In this document: positions 35,901 through 47,900 of the stretch, one piece after another | Layout of the letters: every line of letters starts with the position of its first letter | Position numbering within the stretch: the first letter of the stretch is position 1 | DNA from: Nymphaea colorata | Lineage: Eukaryota | Length of the DNA: 64,000 bases | Assembly (NCBI RefSeq): GCF_008831285.2 | Contig: NC_045138.2 | Location: 32,054,001-32,118,000 of the forward strand | Direction of reading: 5' to 3' | Notes under the pieces: model-generated | What the model was told of the DNA's origin: nothing | Database searches by the model: none | Seen by the model: only the letters and a program-made list of their open reading frames with translations | Translations under genes and position numbers: made by a program

Positions 35901-38900
35901 CTCATCAGTCACATGATAATCTAACTCCTCCCACTTGGTCTTCAGGGCAGCATAGAAGGCAGCAACAGACAAATCACCCTGTGTCAGAGAGTAAATACTG
36001 CGTTTAATCTGATAGGTGCGCAAATGTCTCTTCTTGCGACCATACATCTTTGCAAGCACAGTCCACATATCAAAAGAGGTCGGCTTCCGCAGAATGAGGG
36101 GCTGAATATCGGATGACACGGAGCTGATAATCCACACCTTCACTTGGCTGTCCTCCAACGCCCACGTCGCCCATTGAGGATCAGATTTGATGGGCGCAGG
36201 TTTGTCGCCAGTGATGTAAGAGAGACGCCCACGGCTAGTAATCCCAATCTCGAGAGCGGCAGACCAAGATAGGTAATTGTCCTTGGTCAGACGGATGGAG
36301 GTGACCTGGAGCGGCACGTTCTCAGTCTTGGAGGCGCTGCCCGTGTCAAGAACGGCATCTTTTTGAGTCCCCATCGCTTCTGCCATCACAAACTAGCACA
36401 CAGCAACAAGAGGCACAGCAGCGGGAATGAGGCAACGGCGTCGGGAAGGAGGCAACGGCGTCGGGAAGGAGGCAGCGGCGACGGCGGCTGGAATGAGGCA
36501 GAGGCAACGTAAAGCAGGCGACGGCGCAACACAGAGGCCACCCACGGTGGCAGAAACAAAGAACGGGACGAACGGAGGACCGCGGAGGCGTAACAGAGGG
36601 CGGCGGAACAGAGGACGGCGGCGGCGGAACAGAGGACGGCGGCGGCAGAGCAGGGCGACGTCACAAGGGCAGCAGCGACGCCGGAACAGAGGACGGCGGC
36701 GGCGGAACAAAGGACAGCGGCGGCAAAGCAGGGCGACGTCACACGGGCAGCAGCGGCGCCGGAACTTCAACGGCGTCGGGCGACGAAAAAACTTGACGAT
36801 CCTTGGAAAAAACGCTTCTCCAACTCCGCTGGCTCTGATACCATGTAGAAACACGAACCACACAGAGAGAGAGTGGAGAACGAACACACAATCTACGTGG
36901 AAAACCTCAGAAAGAGGTGAAAAACCACGGGGAGGCTCTGACCTAGGGGCACACCGCAACCCTAGGAGAGAGAAAATTAGATTTCACTTAATTCAACACT
37001 AAACACAAGTGACAATATAAAGAGGGAGAGAGGAGAAGCCGCCTAGGGTACCGAGCCCGCCTCGGTACCCGCGCCCCATAGAACCGGGTCCAGGAATGGA
37101 TCCGGTTCCCACAGCAACATATTCTAACAGAGGCAAACATTCCGCACTTCATTACATCCTTTCTTGTGAAGACTTCTCACATACACAGGAAACGAAGCAA
37201 AATCAATGCATGAATTAGTATTATTAATAAGTTCAGGCACAAAGACAAGATTTTTCTTAATATTGAGAGCACAAAAAGTATCAAGAGGTTTAACAGGTTT
37301 GGAATCAGAAAAAGATATGGGTACATTTACCATGTAGCGTAGGGTGTTTAACACCATCTCCAGTGACAACATTGTTTTTCCTCGTGTGATTAGCTTAGAA
37401 TATTTACCTGCATCGTCAGTGACATGACCAGCCACACTGAAATCAATATACCATTCTCCTTGATGGTTTTACTTTTGATTAAATGAATTTATAGCACCAA
37501 GAATCACATCCAAGTCTCCCATGTTTTTTTTTCCCCCGATTGGCATGTTGGGTGAAAGTGGAATTCCCTGGTTTCCCTACTTGACAACTCTACGATGAGC
37601 TTGTCCTTGATATTCTCCTCTTCCTCTAGTCAACCCTATAAATAGCACATCTTTTACCAAGATGTACAACTTTGCCATATTATACGAGAAATTTCTCGCC
37701 GTATAATACCCGTACACGTTTTTTATGACAATGCATGAAACCCAACTCTTAAACCAGCAAGATTCTGCTGCAATTTATCCAATAAAAAACTGTTTCGCCT
37801 ATTAAGACCAACTGATGAGCAATATTGTTCATGGTGATGCTCTATAATGTTTGATGAGCCTTTGTTAAGATTTTGAAAGTCCTTCAAAGTTCAAATACAC
37901 AACTCGAGATCTTGAAATTTGAGAATAAGTGCTGACCAAGTTCTCATACAACTCCTTAGAAGGCTTTCAAAATCAGTTCAGAGAAACAAATTGGACTGCA
38001 GAACCGGAGGACAAACACAGCCCGAAAGAGGCTAAGTTTGTTTATTGCAGAAACAGGAACAACCATTCTTTGGCATCTCAAGGTCCACATCAGAGTGCCA
38101 AAGATGCATTGCTTGGGATACAAGACAACCACAGGTGCATGTCCTATATCCTGCATTTGCTTGACGAGGCATGTTGTGGAAAGGCAGAGTTCCTGTTTGC
38201 AATTCCAGAGTCATTCAAACATATTTTCAGTTGTATGTTCATCTGACACCCTAATGAGCATCTGTTGTGATAGATTGACATGAGATATGAAATATCAGGT
38301 TGTCCTCTGTTGCATTCATGATCCAGATTCTAGATTTTACATATGTGAGATGATTTAACAGAAAATCATGCCCTTTTCCAAAGAAGATGGACGGGAAAAC
38401 AATTAACACAAGAACATCACCATCTTGATGTAGGATCTTTTACCAACTGAAGGTACTACCAGAAACAGATACAAAAAGCAAATGAATATGGAAGAAGGTA
38501 AAATACCAAACAACTTTTTTTTTATCAGCTAGCTACATTTGAATGCAATACCTTTTCAGAAGAAAAAGCCTTTCTGGTGCAGAGAATAACATGGCAACAG
38601 ATTCTAGCACAGAGCTTGCTTTCATAGATTTTGACCGTAATGCCTTCAAAAATTCCACAAATTCCTTATATTCTGAACTTGATAATGTGTTCCTTACCTG
38701 AAAAGGAAAAGGGGGCACAACCACTGGTTGAAATCTTTCCAAATATCCTGCATAACTAAGTTCTTTTTACAAGACAAAAAAGCTGTGTATCAATGCCATG
38801 AATAGCATGGAATGAAGTGTGAGAAACCATTAAATCTTCAGACCTAAACTCAGAATTGAAAATCCTAGAAATCTTCATTATGAGAACTTGTGTTTGACAG

Positions 38901-41900
38901 CAGAAGATATTTCAAAAAACTAAAGGAAAAAATGGGGAGACAATTGATACAAGAGCAGATCAGGAAGTAATTTACAACCAATTGAGCACTTTAAAGCAGT
39001 AAGTAACAATTGATTAAGTAATGACGGCCAAATGGTTCGAGTTTTAGAAACGACACACTTCAAGACTAGCACGCACAGTAGACAAAATGGCAACAACCAT
39101 TTCGAGTTTCATAATTAAGAATTGATCAATCATTATATTAAGTTTTCTGTTGCAGAAAATTGGAAGTAACAAAATGAATGTTTGTGGATGGTCTATATAT
39201 ATATATATATATAAACAGAGAGAGAGAGAACCTGTGGTGTGTGCATTTGTGTGTGTGTGTGTGCGTATTTGTGTGGTCTAAGGTATATGTACGTGTGTGT
39301 GTGTCTGGTATTTGTATACCTGCTTTAAAAAGTCAGATGCTTTTGTAGCTTTCTCATCACCATGAGTTGTAGATTTATGACTAGTGTTGGTTCGACTAAC
39401 ATTTTCTAAGTCCACTGTCATCTCTGTACTGGTGGAAGCATGCTGGCTGCTCTCTTCTCTACAACAATGACCACTTTCTTTCTCAGGCATTGACATTTTC
39501 TCAGACCTCCACGATCTTGTACCTACGTAGGTCTCCACATGAGATTCAGAAGCTTTAACTTTCGCAGATGTTATTGTTGGATCCCCAGATTTTGCCTTTT
39601 TTGAAAAATGAGATACAGTCACCTTATCCGGTGTCACTTGTTCACCCACAGAGTCTTCATTTGACAGGTCAACTGCTTCATAATTCTTCTGTCCAAATTT
39701 TTCCACCGTTTCATGAGCACATGAAATATCCAGTGTAAGTGGTCTTGTCAGGTGTCCATTCAATTTACGAACAGTAAGGATAGATTTATTTGCAGGCATA
39801 ATTTGGGCACTGAGTTGACTTCCAGTGACTCTTTTAGCAGCAAGAAGAGAAGACAATGGCTGTTTGTTGGAGCCATGTACCATAGTTCTGGAAGGTTTCT
39901 CGACCTGTTATAAAGATTCAAAATAATAATACCAAGAAAACCTAACAGAACATTGTCAATAAATTAATAATGTGCAGTTATTTGAATATTACCAAAGGTA
40001 CAATAGCTTTTGAAGACAATATCATATTTGAATGCTGCTCCATTTTTGCGTCAATGCAGCAAGTCCCTGCAAAATCATGTTGAACATATTGAAACTGAAG
40101 AAATGTATAAGAGAAAACATTCCTCAAGAATCCTAAATATACCATGAGCCCCCGCTAGAAAAATAGAGCACGGTCATCACCACACAGGTGGATAAAGATG
40201 GTTTATGATTGATTAAATTAGCAAGCAATTGGATTAACAGATTCTATATTTTAGACTAAAACCAAAAAACTTATGCTTTGCATATTTAAACTTAAATTTC
40301 TCCTTAAGCAAATGATAACACATAATTAATTAGCATGCTGTGATAATTGACATAAAATTTCTTCCCTTGTTGACTTTCATAAATAACCAAGTTTTGGTAT
40401 TACCAAACAAGGTCAAACCACTAATTTCAGTGGAAATCAAATTCACAAGGTGCTTTAAAATGTACTTCCCAATAATTGTACTGATTTAGTATCATTCAAT
40501 TGTTGTCCGATGTTTTAGTTTGATTTATCTGAATAAGTGCAGTAGAGAACATACTTAAATCAGACTTCCTACAAGAAATATAGTTACTGTTTCAAATGAA
40601 ATGCTTCTGTTCTGAAGTGGATTTGCACATATATTGCCACATGATAATGGACATCTGGATAGCCAAGAAAATATGCTAGATAGCCTAGATCAGTCATTTC
40701 GAATTATTTTTAACTTGATCAATTCAATTTTTCATCATTGCCAGTGATAATCATTCCATAAACACAAAGCAATAATACAATCACACTTGCAGAGGTGTGT
40801 TTGCCAAACATACAGTATCAAAATAAACAACGAAATCTAAACCACCTGTCAAACATGAACCTCGTTAAATCTAACAGACCAAGCCTTTGGGGTTTGTTTT
40901 AAGTTTTAAGATCATATAATGCCTTTTGGAAGAGAAGAACCTTCCTTGCAGGAATAAAGAAACCAGGAGGAGCATCCACACACCTCATCTATAGCGCACA
41001 GGTGCAGAGTGTGGGTCCAAAAGATTTTTGAAAAAACTTGGGTGCGGGTCCACAAGATTGTGTGTGTGTGTGTGTGTGTGTGTAACTATGTATATATATA
41101 TATATGGGTCCACAATAGTTTTCCTTTTGCCAGAAAAAAAGGCAGGTGCAGTCAGCAGCACCTGATTCGGATGGCCAAGTTATAGAGTGCTATGCTGGAG
41201 CTGAGTCTGCACACTTGGCATGTTCATGTAACATAGCACCTCATTTAAGTCACCATTCCAGAAAGTATTTCTGACACCCATCTGATAAATGGGTCATTAT
41301 TTAACAAAGGCTACAAACAATTGTTTTCCTAACAAAGGTAATTCTAGCAAAAGGAGCAAATATATCTTAATAATCTACAACATATTCTCATTAGCAACTT
41401 TTACCAGGCATTCTAAACTTTAATCCTTGTAGAGAACCTCCACTCTTAATCTTGACTATGTATACCCGTCTACATTATGCTAAAATAGCAGGAAAGCAGA
41501 AGATTGAAAAAACAGAACTAAAAGTACATAAAAAGAATACAAAAATTACAGAAAAAATACATACAAGGAAAAGGTATACAGAACCTATATAGAAGTTATA
41601 TAAATAAATATATGAATCATATAATATCAAGAAATAAGCATATCCATATGCATATGAACTGTGATATATGACAGGATATACATAAATATAAGCACATAAA
41701 AGCACTTAGACATAATCTAACAGGGAAATACCCTTAAACAACATAACCATTAATGAAAGGCACGACTAGTAAAATAATGACTACAACCAGATTGTTGTTG
41801 CATGAAAAAAATAGGTGTGGCATCAATAGGCTTAAGCATGATCATGTTGGAGTAATGGAAGAGGTAGTAGAACCATGCAATGAAGTCAAAGATGAACAAA

Positions 41901-44900
41901 GAGAATTTATGAAGTTTGGAGTTATTTAAAAATAAGAGGAACATTGTGAATGACCTCCGTTCCTTCAAATTGGAAGTGAATGATACGGACTCATCCGATC
42001 AAAGGGACAAATGTAATCAAGGAAAAATTTAAAAATAATAAAGCAAATTGAATCGGGTTTGCCTAGACCCGATCCATACACCCAAACATAATGGGCGGTG
42101 GCATACTTGTAAATACTTGTTGTTTTTTGTATTTACTTGTAACATAAATTAGGTTATATCAATGACAAGGTGGAAGGGCCACGGTTGCTGCCCTCTTTTC
42201 TTTTCTCTCTCTCTATTGCACGTGCAGTCACCTCTTCCTCTTCTCCTCTTGCATCTACAAAAGATTGCATCCAGTGGTTTGGCATTATATCTCAAAATCT
42301 TACATGGTATCAGAGCAAGGTTATTGCCACTGAGATTGTCCGGTAAGAAGTTTCATTTTCTGGCCTAATTTCTGTTTTTTGCCCTAATTTCTGCCCTAAT
42401 TTCTGTTTTTCTGCTCTAACCCTAAAATCTTTGACCTAACCCTAAAATCCTTGATTTTTGCCCTTGAACTTGACGTCTGCCCTAATCTAAAATTCCTTGT
42501 TTTTCTGGTTGCTATCGTCTACCCTAGTACCTACTGTAAGTCTTCATCCTTATACATTTAGCCTCAAAATCAACCATGGACCATCACAATCGCAATTCTT
42601 CCATATTGTCGTCCAGTTTTCTCTTTCAACTCATCTCCCAAAAGCTGAATCACACCAATTATTTGACTTGGAAATGTCAAATAGCCCCTTTCATCAAGAG
42701 TCACCGTCTCTACGAGCATCTCAATGGCACCACACCTACGCCACCCGAATGGATCATGCGAGAGGTGAAGAATACTGCAGGGCAAATTCAAGAAACCATT
42801 GCTGAAATTAATCCTGAATACGAAACGTGGATGGCACATGATCAATCCCTTGTAGCATATATCACCTCCACATTATTAGAAGAAGTTATGGCGAACGTTG
42901 ATGATGATCTTTCAGCACTGGAGTTGTGGAATGTACTCGTTACCACGTATTCTCAAGTATCAGAAGCAAGATTTCTACAACTCAAGAGGCAATTTCAAGA
43001 TATCAAGTGAGGAACACGTTCAGTTTTGGAATACATACATGAAATAAAAAATGTCAGTGACCAGCTTGTAATCATCGGGCACCCAGTCAGTGACAAGGAC
43101 AAGGTACAGCAGGCTTTGAGTGGTTTGGGGTCAGATTTTGATGTTTTCTGCACTGCTTTAGAGGTATTACCTGTTCTTGAAGACCTCAAAGCAAAATTGA
43201 TTCAACATGAAGCAAGTCGACAAGAATTATTTCCTTATGGCAGTCACAATGTGTTAGTCATCGAGACCCATGCTTTGCAAGGAAGCCATCCTAGGGTTTG
43301 GAACTCACAGGCAAGCATGGGGAGAGGTATTCTTCCAACGCCAAATACAAATGCTTAGGCAAATGTACCAAGAAGAATACCTACTTGCTTTTATTGCAAT
43401 AAGAAATGTCATGTGAAGTCAGAATGTTGGCATAACCCTCAAAACAAGGGAAAACAAGTCAAACATGACAATAAGGCAGCACGGTCAACTGTATGTCTGT
43501 ATTGAACACGATTGCATCATCAAACATTCCTACTGATGTGCAACAGATTTTAATATGACAACCTTGTCTAAGGTCAATCTTAAGCAAAATGAAGAAGTAA
43601 TGGTATGTGGATTCTGGTGCTGCAGTCCATGTGACCGGTGACGCAGGTAAGCTTTCTAGTGCTCTCCCTTATTTAGATAAAGGTTCAGTTGTCACAGGAG
43701 ATGGTTCCCATCACAAAATATCACATATTGGAAATGCAGACATATCCATGACTCACTCCTCCATACCTTTAAAGAATGTTCTTGTTATTCCAAACGTCAA
43801 GAAAAATATCATTTCTGTGTCAAAGCTTATTGATGATACCCATTCCTCTGTTGAGTTTACTCATTCTTCTGTTTATGTCAAGGATGCTCGAACCAAGAAG
43901 ACATTCGTTGAGGGTGTTCGCAAAGGAGACATGTACGTCATTGAAGAAGCTCCAAAGGTGTCCAAGTCTTGTATTTCAAATTCATCTTTTCCCATAGTGA
44001 AGTCAATATAGCAGAGTATGATAAGTCATCCATTTGGCATGGTCGTTTAGCACATTATAGTCGGTCTTTCATTCAAAGTCTTGTTGCAGACGGACTATTA
44101 CAAAAGTCTAGTCTAAGTCCAATGAATGAGTCTAGCATGTGCTCAAGTTGTCATATTTGTAAGAGTCATGCTCTCCATTTTCAATCAATAAATAAGTGAG
44201 CTTCGAAGTTATTTGATACCATATATTCTGATGTTTGGGGGCCTGCTCCTATTTTTTCTTCTTCCAAGGATAGATATTATATTGTTTTTATTTATTCTTA
44301 TTCTCGTTACACTTGGATTCACTTCATAAAAAGGAAATCAGAGGTTTTTCGCTTGTTCACTCAATTCCATGCCTTGGTCCAAAACAAATACTCTAGTAAT
44401 ATCATGCATTTCCAATGTGATGGTGGTGGTGAGTTCATTTCAAATGATTTTACTGAGTATTTACTAAATCATGAGATCACTAGACAGATTTCTTGTCCAC
44501 ACACACCACAACAGAATGGCATTGCTGAAAGAGCATAGACACATAGTTGAAGGTGCACTAAGTATGATGCATGACACAGATCTGCCCATGAATTTGTGGA
44601 CTGAAGCTTTTCATATTGTTGTTCATGTCATTAATCGACTACCATTGTCTCTACTTGAAGGAAAATCTCCTTTCTTTATTTTACACCAAGAACAACAAAT
44701 TATAATGAACTACGTGTTTTTGGGTGTGTCTATTATGTACATGTTGATGTTTTCTTGAGAAATAAGTTTCAATATCAAGTTGTTATGTGCAGATTTGTGG
44801 GTTATGCAGAAAATTATAAGGGCTATAGATGTTACAATCCAAAGACTGGGCGCGTGTATATATCACGAGATGTTGCTTTTGATGAGCTCAGGTTGAAGGA

Positions 44901-47900
44901 TTTAAAGGAGCCACAGGCAACACTTAATGTAAGAGATGATGTATATGATTCATGGTTGAATGTTGTAGGCCAAGGGGCTAATACATTCCATGCACAAAGT
45001 GACAGAATTATTGATGAATTCGAGACAGCCACAGATACTCAGTTGGACAGCACACCTTCATCTACTCAGACCAAAACATGTCTTCACCTACTCGGTTTTT
45101 AGGAGTAGTGTATACTCGACGATCAGTTCCAGCAACTGCTCCAGAAACTGTCACTGCTTGTCCACGTAGATCAGAACGTGTACGGCACCCTATTGATAGA
45201 TGGGTAAGTTATGATAATTTCTCTTTGGATTTTCAGCTTTTTATGATAGAATTGAGCAAAAAGGTGGAGCCAAGATGCTATGAGCATGCATGCAAAAGCA
45301 AATATTGGGTCGAGGCCATGAACGAAGAAATGGCTGCCTTGAATGAATGTCAAACTTGAGAGATTGTTCCTCGTCCAAATGGTAAGAATGTAATAGGCTC
45401 AAAATGGGTTTACAAACTCCAGTATAAACCTGATGGCAGCATTGATAGATATAAGGCTCGTCTTGTAGCTAGAGGCTTCACTCAGCAGCATGGGAAAGAT
45501 TACGATGAGACTTTCAGTCCAGTCATCAAGATGCGAACAATCTGTGTTATCATCTCTCTTGCAATCTCACATAGATGGACTTTACATCAGTTGGATGTTA
45601 AAAATGCTTTTCTTCATGGCTTTCTAAAGGAAGAGGTATACATGAAACAACCCCCAGGCTATGCTACCAATGATCCAACTCAATGGGTGTGCAAATTACA
45701 AAAATCGTTGTATGGGCTTAAGCAAGCATCTCGCTCATGGTTCGATAAATTTTCTCTCCATATACAGCAAGCTGGTTTTCTCTGAAGTTCACTTGATCAT
45801 TCCTTATTCATATATCACGCGGATGAAGATACCACTTGGCTACTCATATATGTAGATGACATATTAGTTCTTACTGGAAATTCTTCATGTCATATATCTT
45901 ATGTTAAAGAGGTATTGAAACAAGAATTCAAGATGAAGGATCTCGGCGAACTACGGTATTTTTTGGGTGTTGAGCTTGATAGAAAATGTAACACATTAAC
46001 TCTTACGCAGCATAAATATACTCTTGATATTCTGGATAGAGCAGGTATGACAAATTGCAAGCTCATAAATACTCCTAGTGTTCTCAACACAAAACTGAAT
46101 GCCTCTGATGGGAGTGATGCATACTTAAATCCTAGTTTCTATCGGAGTATAGTTGGCATGCTGCAATATCTCACCTTTACAGGTCCAGTCATAGTGTATG
46201 CAGTGAATCAAATATCTCAGTTTATGCATGCACCCACAGGAGGGCATATGAATGCTACCAAACGCATTTTGCGTTACCTTAAGGATACTCTTGGGGATGG
46301 ACTCGTTTACACAATACAGTCTACTATTTTGAATGGACATAACATTTCCACCTACACTGATGTAGTTTCTGGTTATTGTCTCTTCCTTGATTCCAATCTT
46401 ATTTGTTGGAGTAGCAGGAAACAACGTGCAGTTGCCAGATCTAGCATTGAGGCAGAATATAGGGCAATGGCTGTAGGCACAGCTGAAGCCTCATGGTTAC
46501 GTCATCTGCTTGGAGAACTCTCCCTTCCCATTGCTTAGTCATCTTTATTCTGTGACAACCAAAGTGCGATCAAGATTGCTTTCAATCAGGTTCTACGTAA
46601 TCGCACTAAGCATAGAGATTGATCAACACTTCATTCGTCAAAAGTTTGAGGAAGCCGAAATTGTTCCTCCTTACATAGCCACGTCTCAACAAGTAACTGA
46701 TCTTTTTACCAAGGGGTTCACAGGGCACCATTTATGGGAATTGAAGAACAAATTGTGCATGATCAAACCTCATGTACAACTTGAGGGGGTTGTTAAGATT
46801 GTACAAATTGAATCGGGTTTGCCTAGACCCGATCCATACACCCAAACATAATGGGCGGTGGCATACTTGTAAATACTTGTTATATTTTGTATTTACTTGT
46901 AACATAAATTAGGTTATATCAATGACAAGGTGGAAGGGCCACGGTTGCTGTCCCCTTTTCTTTTCTCTCTCTCTATTGCACGTGCAGTCACCTCCTCCTC
47001 TTCTCCTCTTGCATCTACAAAAGATTGCACCCAGTGGTTTGGCGTTATATCTCAAAATCTTACAGCTTGGAAAGATGCCAACACAAGAAGATTAATATCA
47101 CATTCAGAATTTTGTTTTAGAAGCCTCTCTCTCTCTCTCTCACACACACACTAATGAACTTGGTCCTACATGGCAGTGCTTAGTCGCAAAATGACAAAAT
47201 GATTTGCAGAACAAAAAATACAGATAACAGAGGGAAGCATATCCATTAAAGAAATTCGTATTGTATTGAGGAGAGAAATTAGAAATGGAATACAAAAATG
47301 AGGATGTTGAGATGTCCATCCTTTTGGATTGGTGCGACCCTAGTAATACTTTGATAACTATAACAAAGGTTTTGAGAGGTAATCTACAAAATGGCACTGG
47401 CAAAGGAAATTCAGGATTCACATGTGCAGTTGAGCCTTTTGGTACTGTTGAGAAACAAATTTATAAATTTGAGGGGTAGATTGGAAATTCATCATTGTCT
47501 TAAGTCCCTTTCTATTAGTTTCTTAATATTGTGGGCCCCTATGCGGTCTTTATAAACTAATATTACATCAGGATTTGGGATATAAGATCCTTTTTCTTCT
47601 CTTTTCCAACTTCCTGCACAGGTTTTTAAAAGACTCAAGTTTAAGGCTGGACGTTGGGCCGGGTACCCAGCCTGACTCGGGCCAGGAGAAAAAAGGCACC
47701 AGGCCGGCTCGATCAATTATCGGGCTGGCCCGGTGGGCCCGATTAAGCCCGGGTAGGCCCGACAACATTTTTTTTAATATATATTTTATTGATTTTTATA
47801 TATAATTATAATATTTTATTACGATTAACATATAAACTTATATTAAAATTTATTTTTTTTTTAATTTAATCGGGCTGGCCCGTTGGGCCCAGGTTTTGGC

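Larger units (their letters stand above)
31796..37129 (-). mobile_element. Intact Ty1/copia LTR retrotransposon (5334 bp; Ale-like size) in an RTEL1 intron
   Basis: LTRs 36844-37129 (5') and 31796-32081 (3'), 286 bp each, TG..CA, identical by eye. TSD GAGGC at 31791-31795 and 37130-37134. PBS TGGTATCAGAGC (tRNA-iMet) at 36843-36832. PPT AGGGGGAG at 32089-32082. Confidence 0.97.

Noticed and set aside
36386..37002. Arg-rich 191-aa ORF and overlapping 188-aa and 118-aa ORFs
   Set aside because: Explained by GC-rich tandem repeats and LTR sequence of the copia leader; no domain signature.
37929..38300. Possible LINE C-terminal fragment
   Set aside because: Only a vague motif resemblance; cannot be supported without a search.
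42380..42490. CCCTAA telomere-like motifs inside the RTEL1 gene
   Set aside because: They are scattered motifs in the copia 5' leader, not a tandem CCCTAAA array; the link to RTEL1 function is coincidental.
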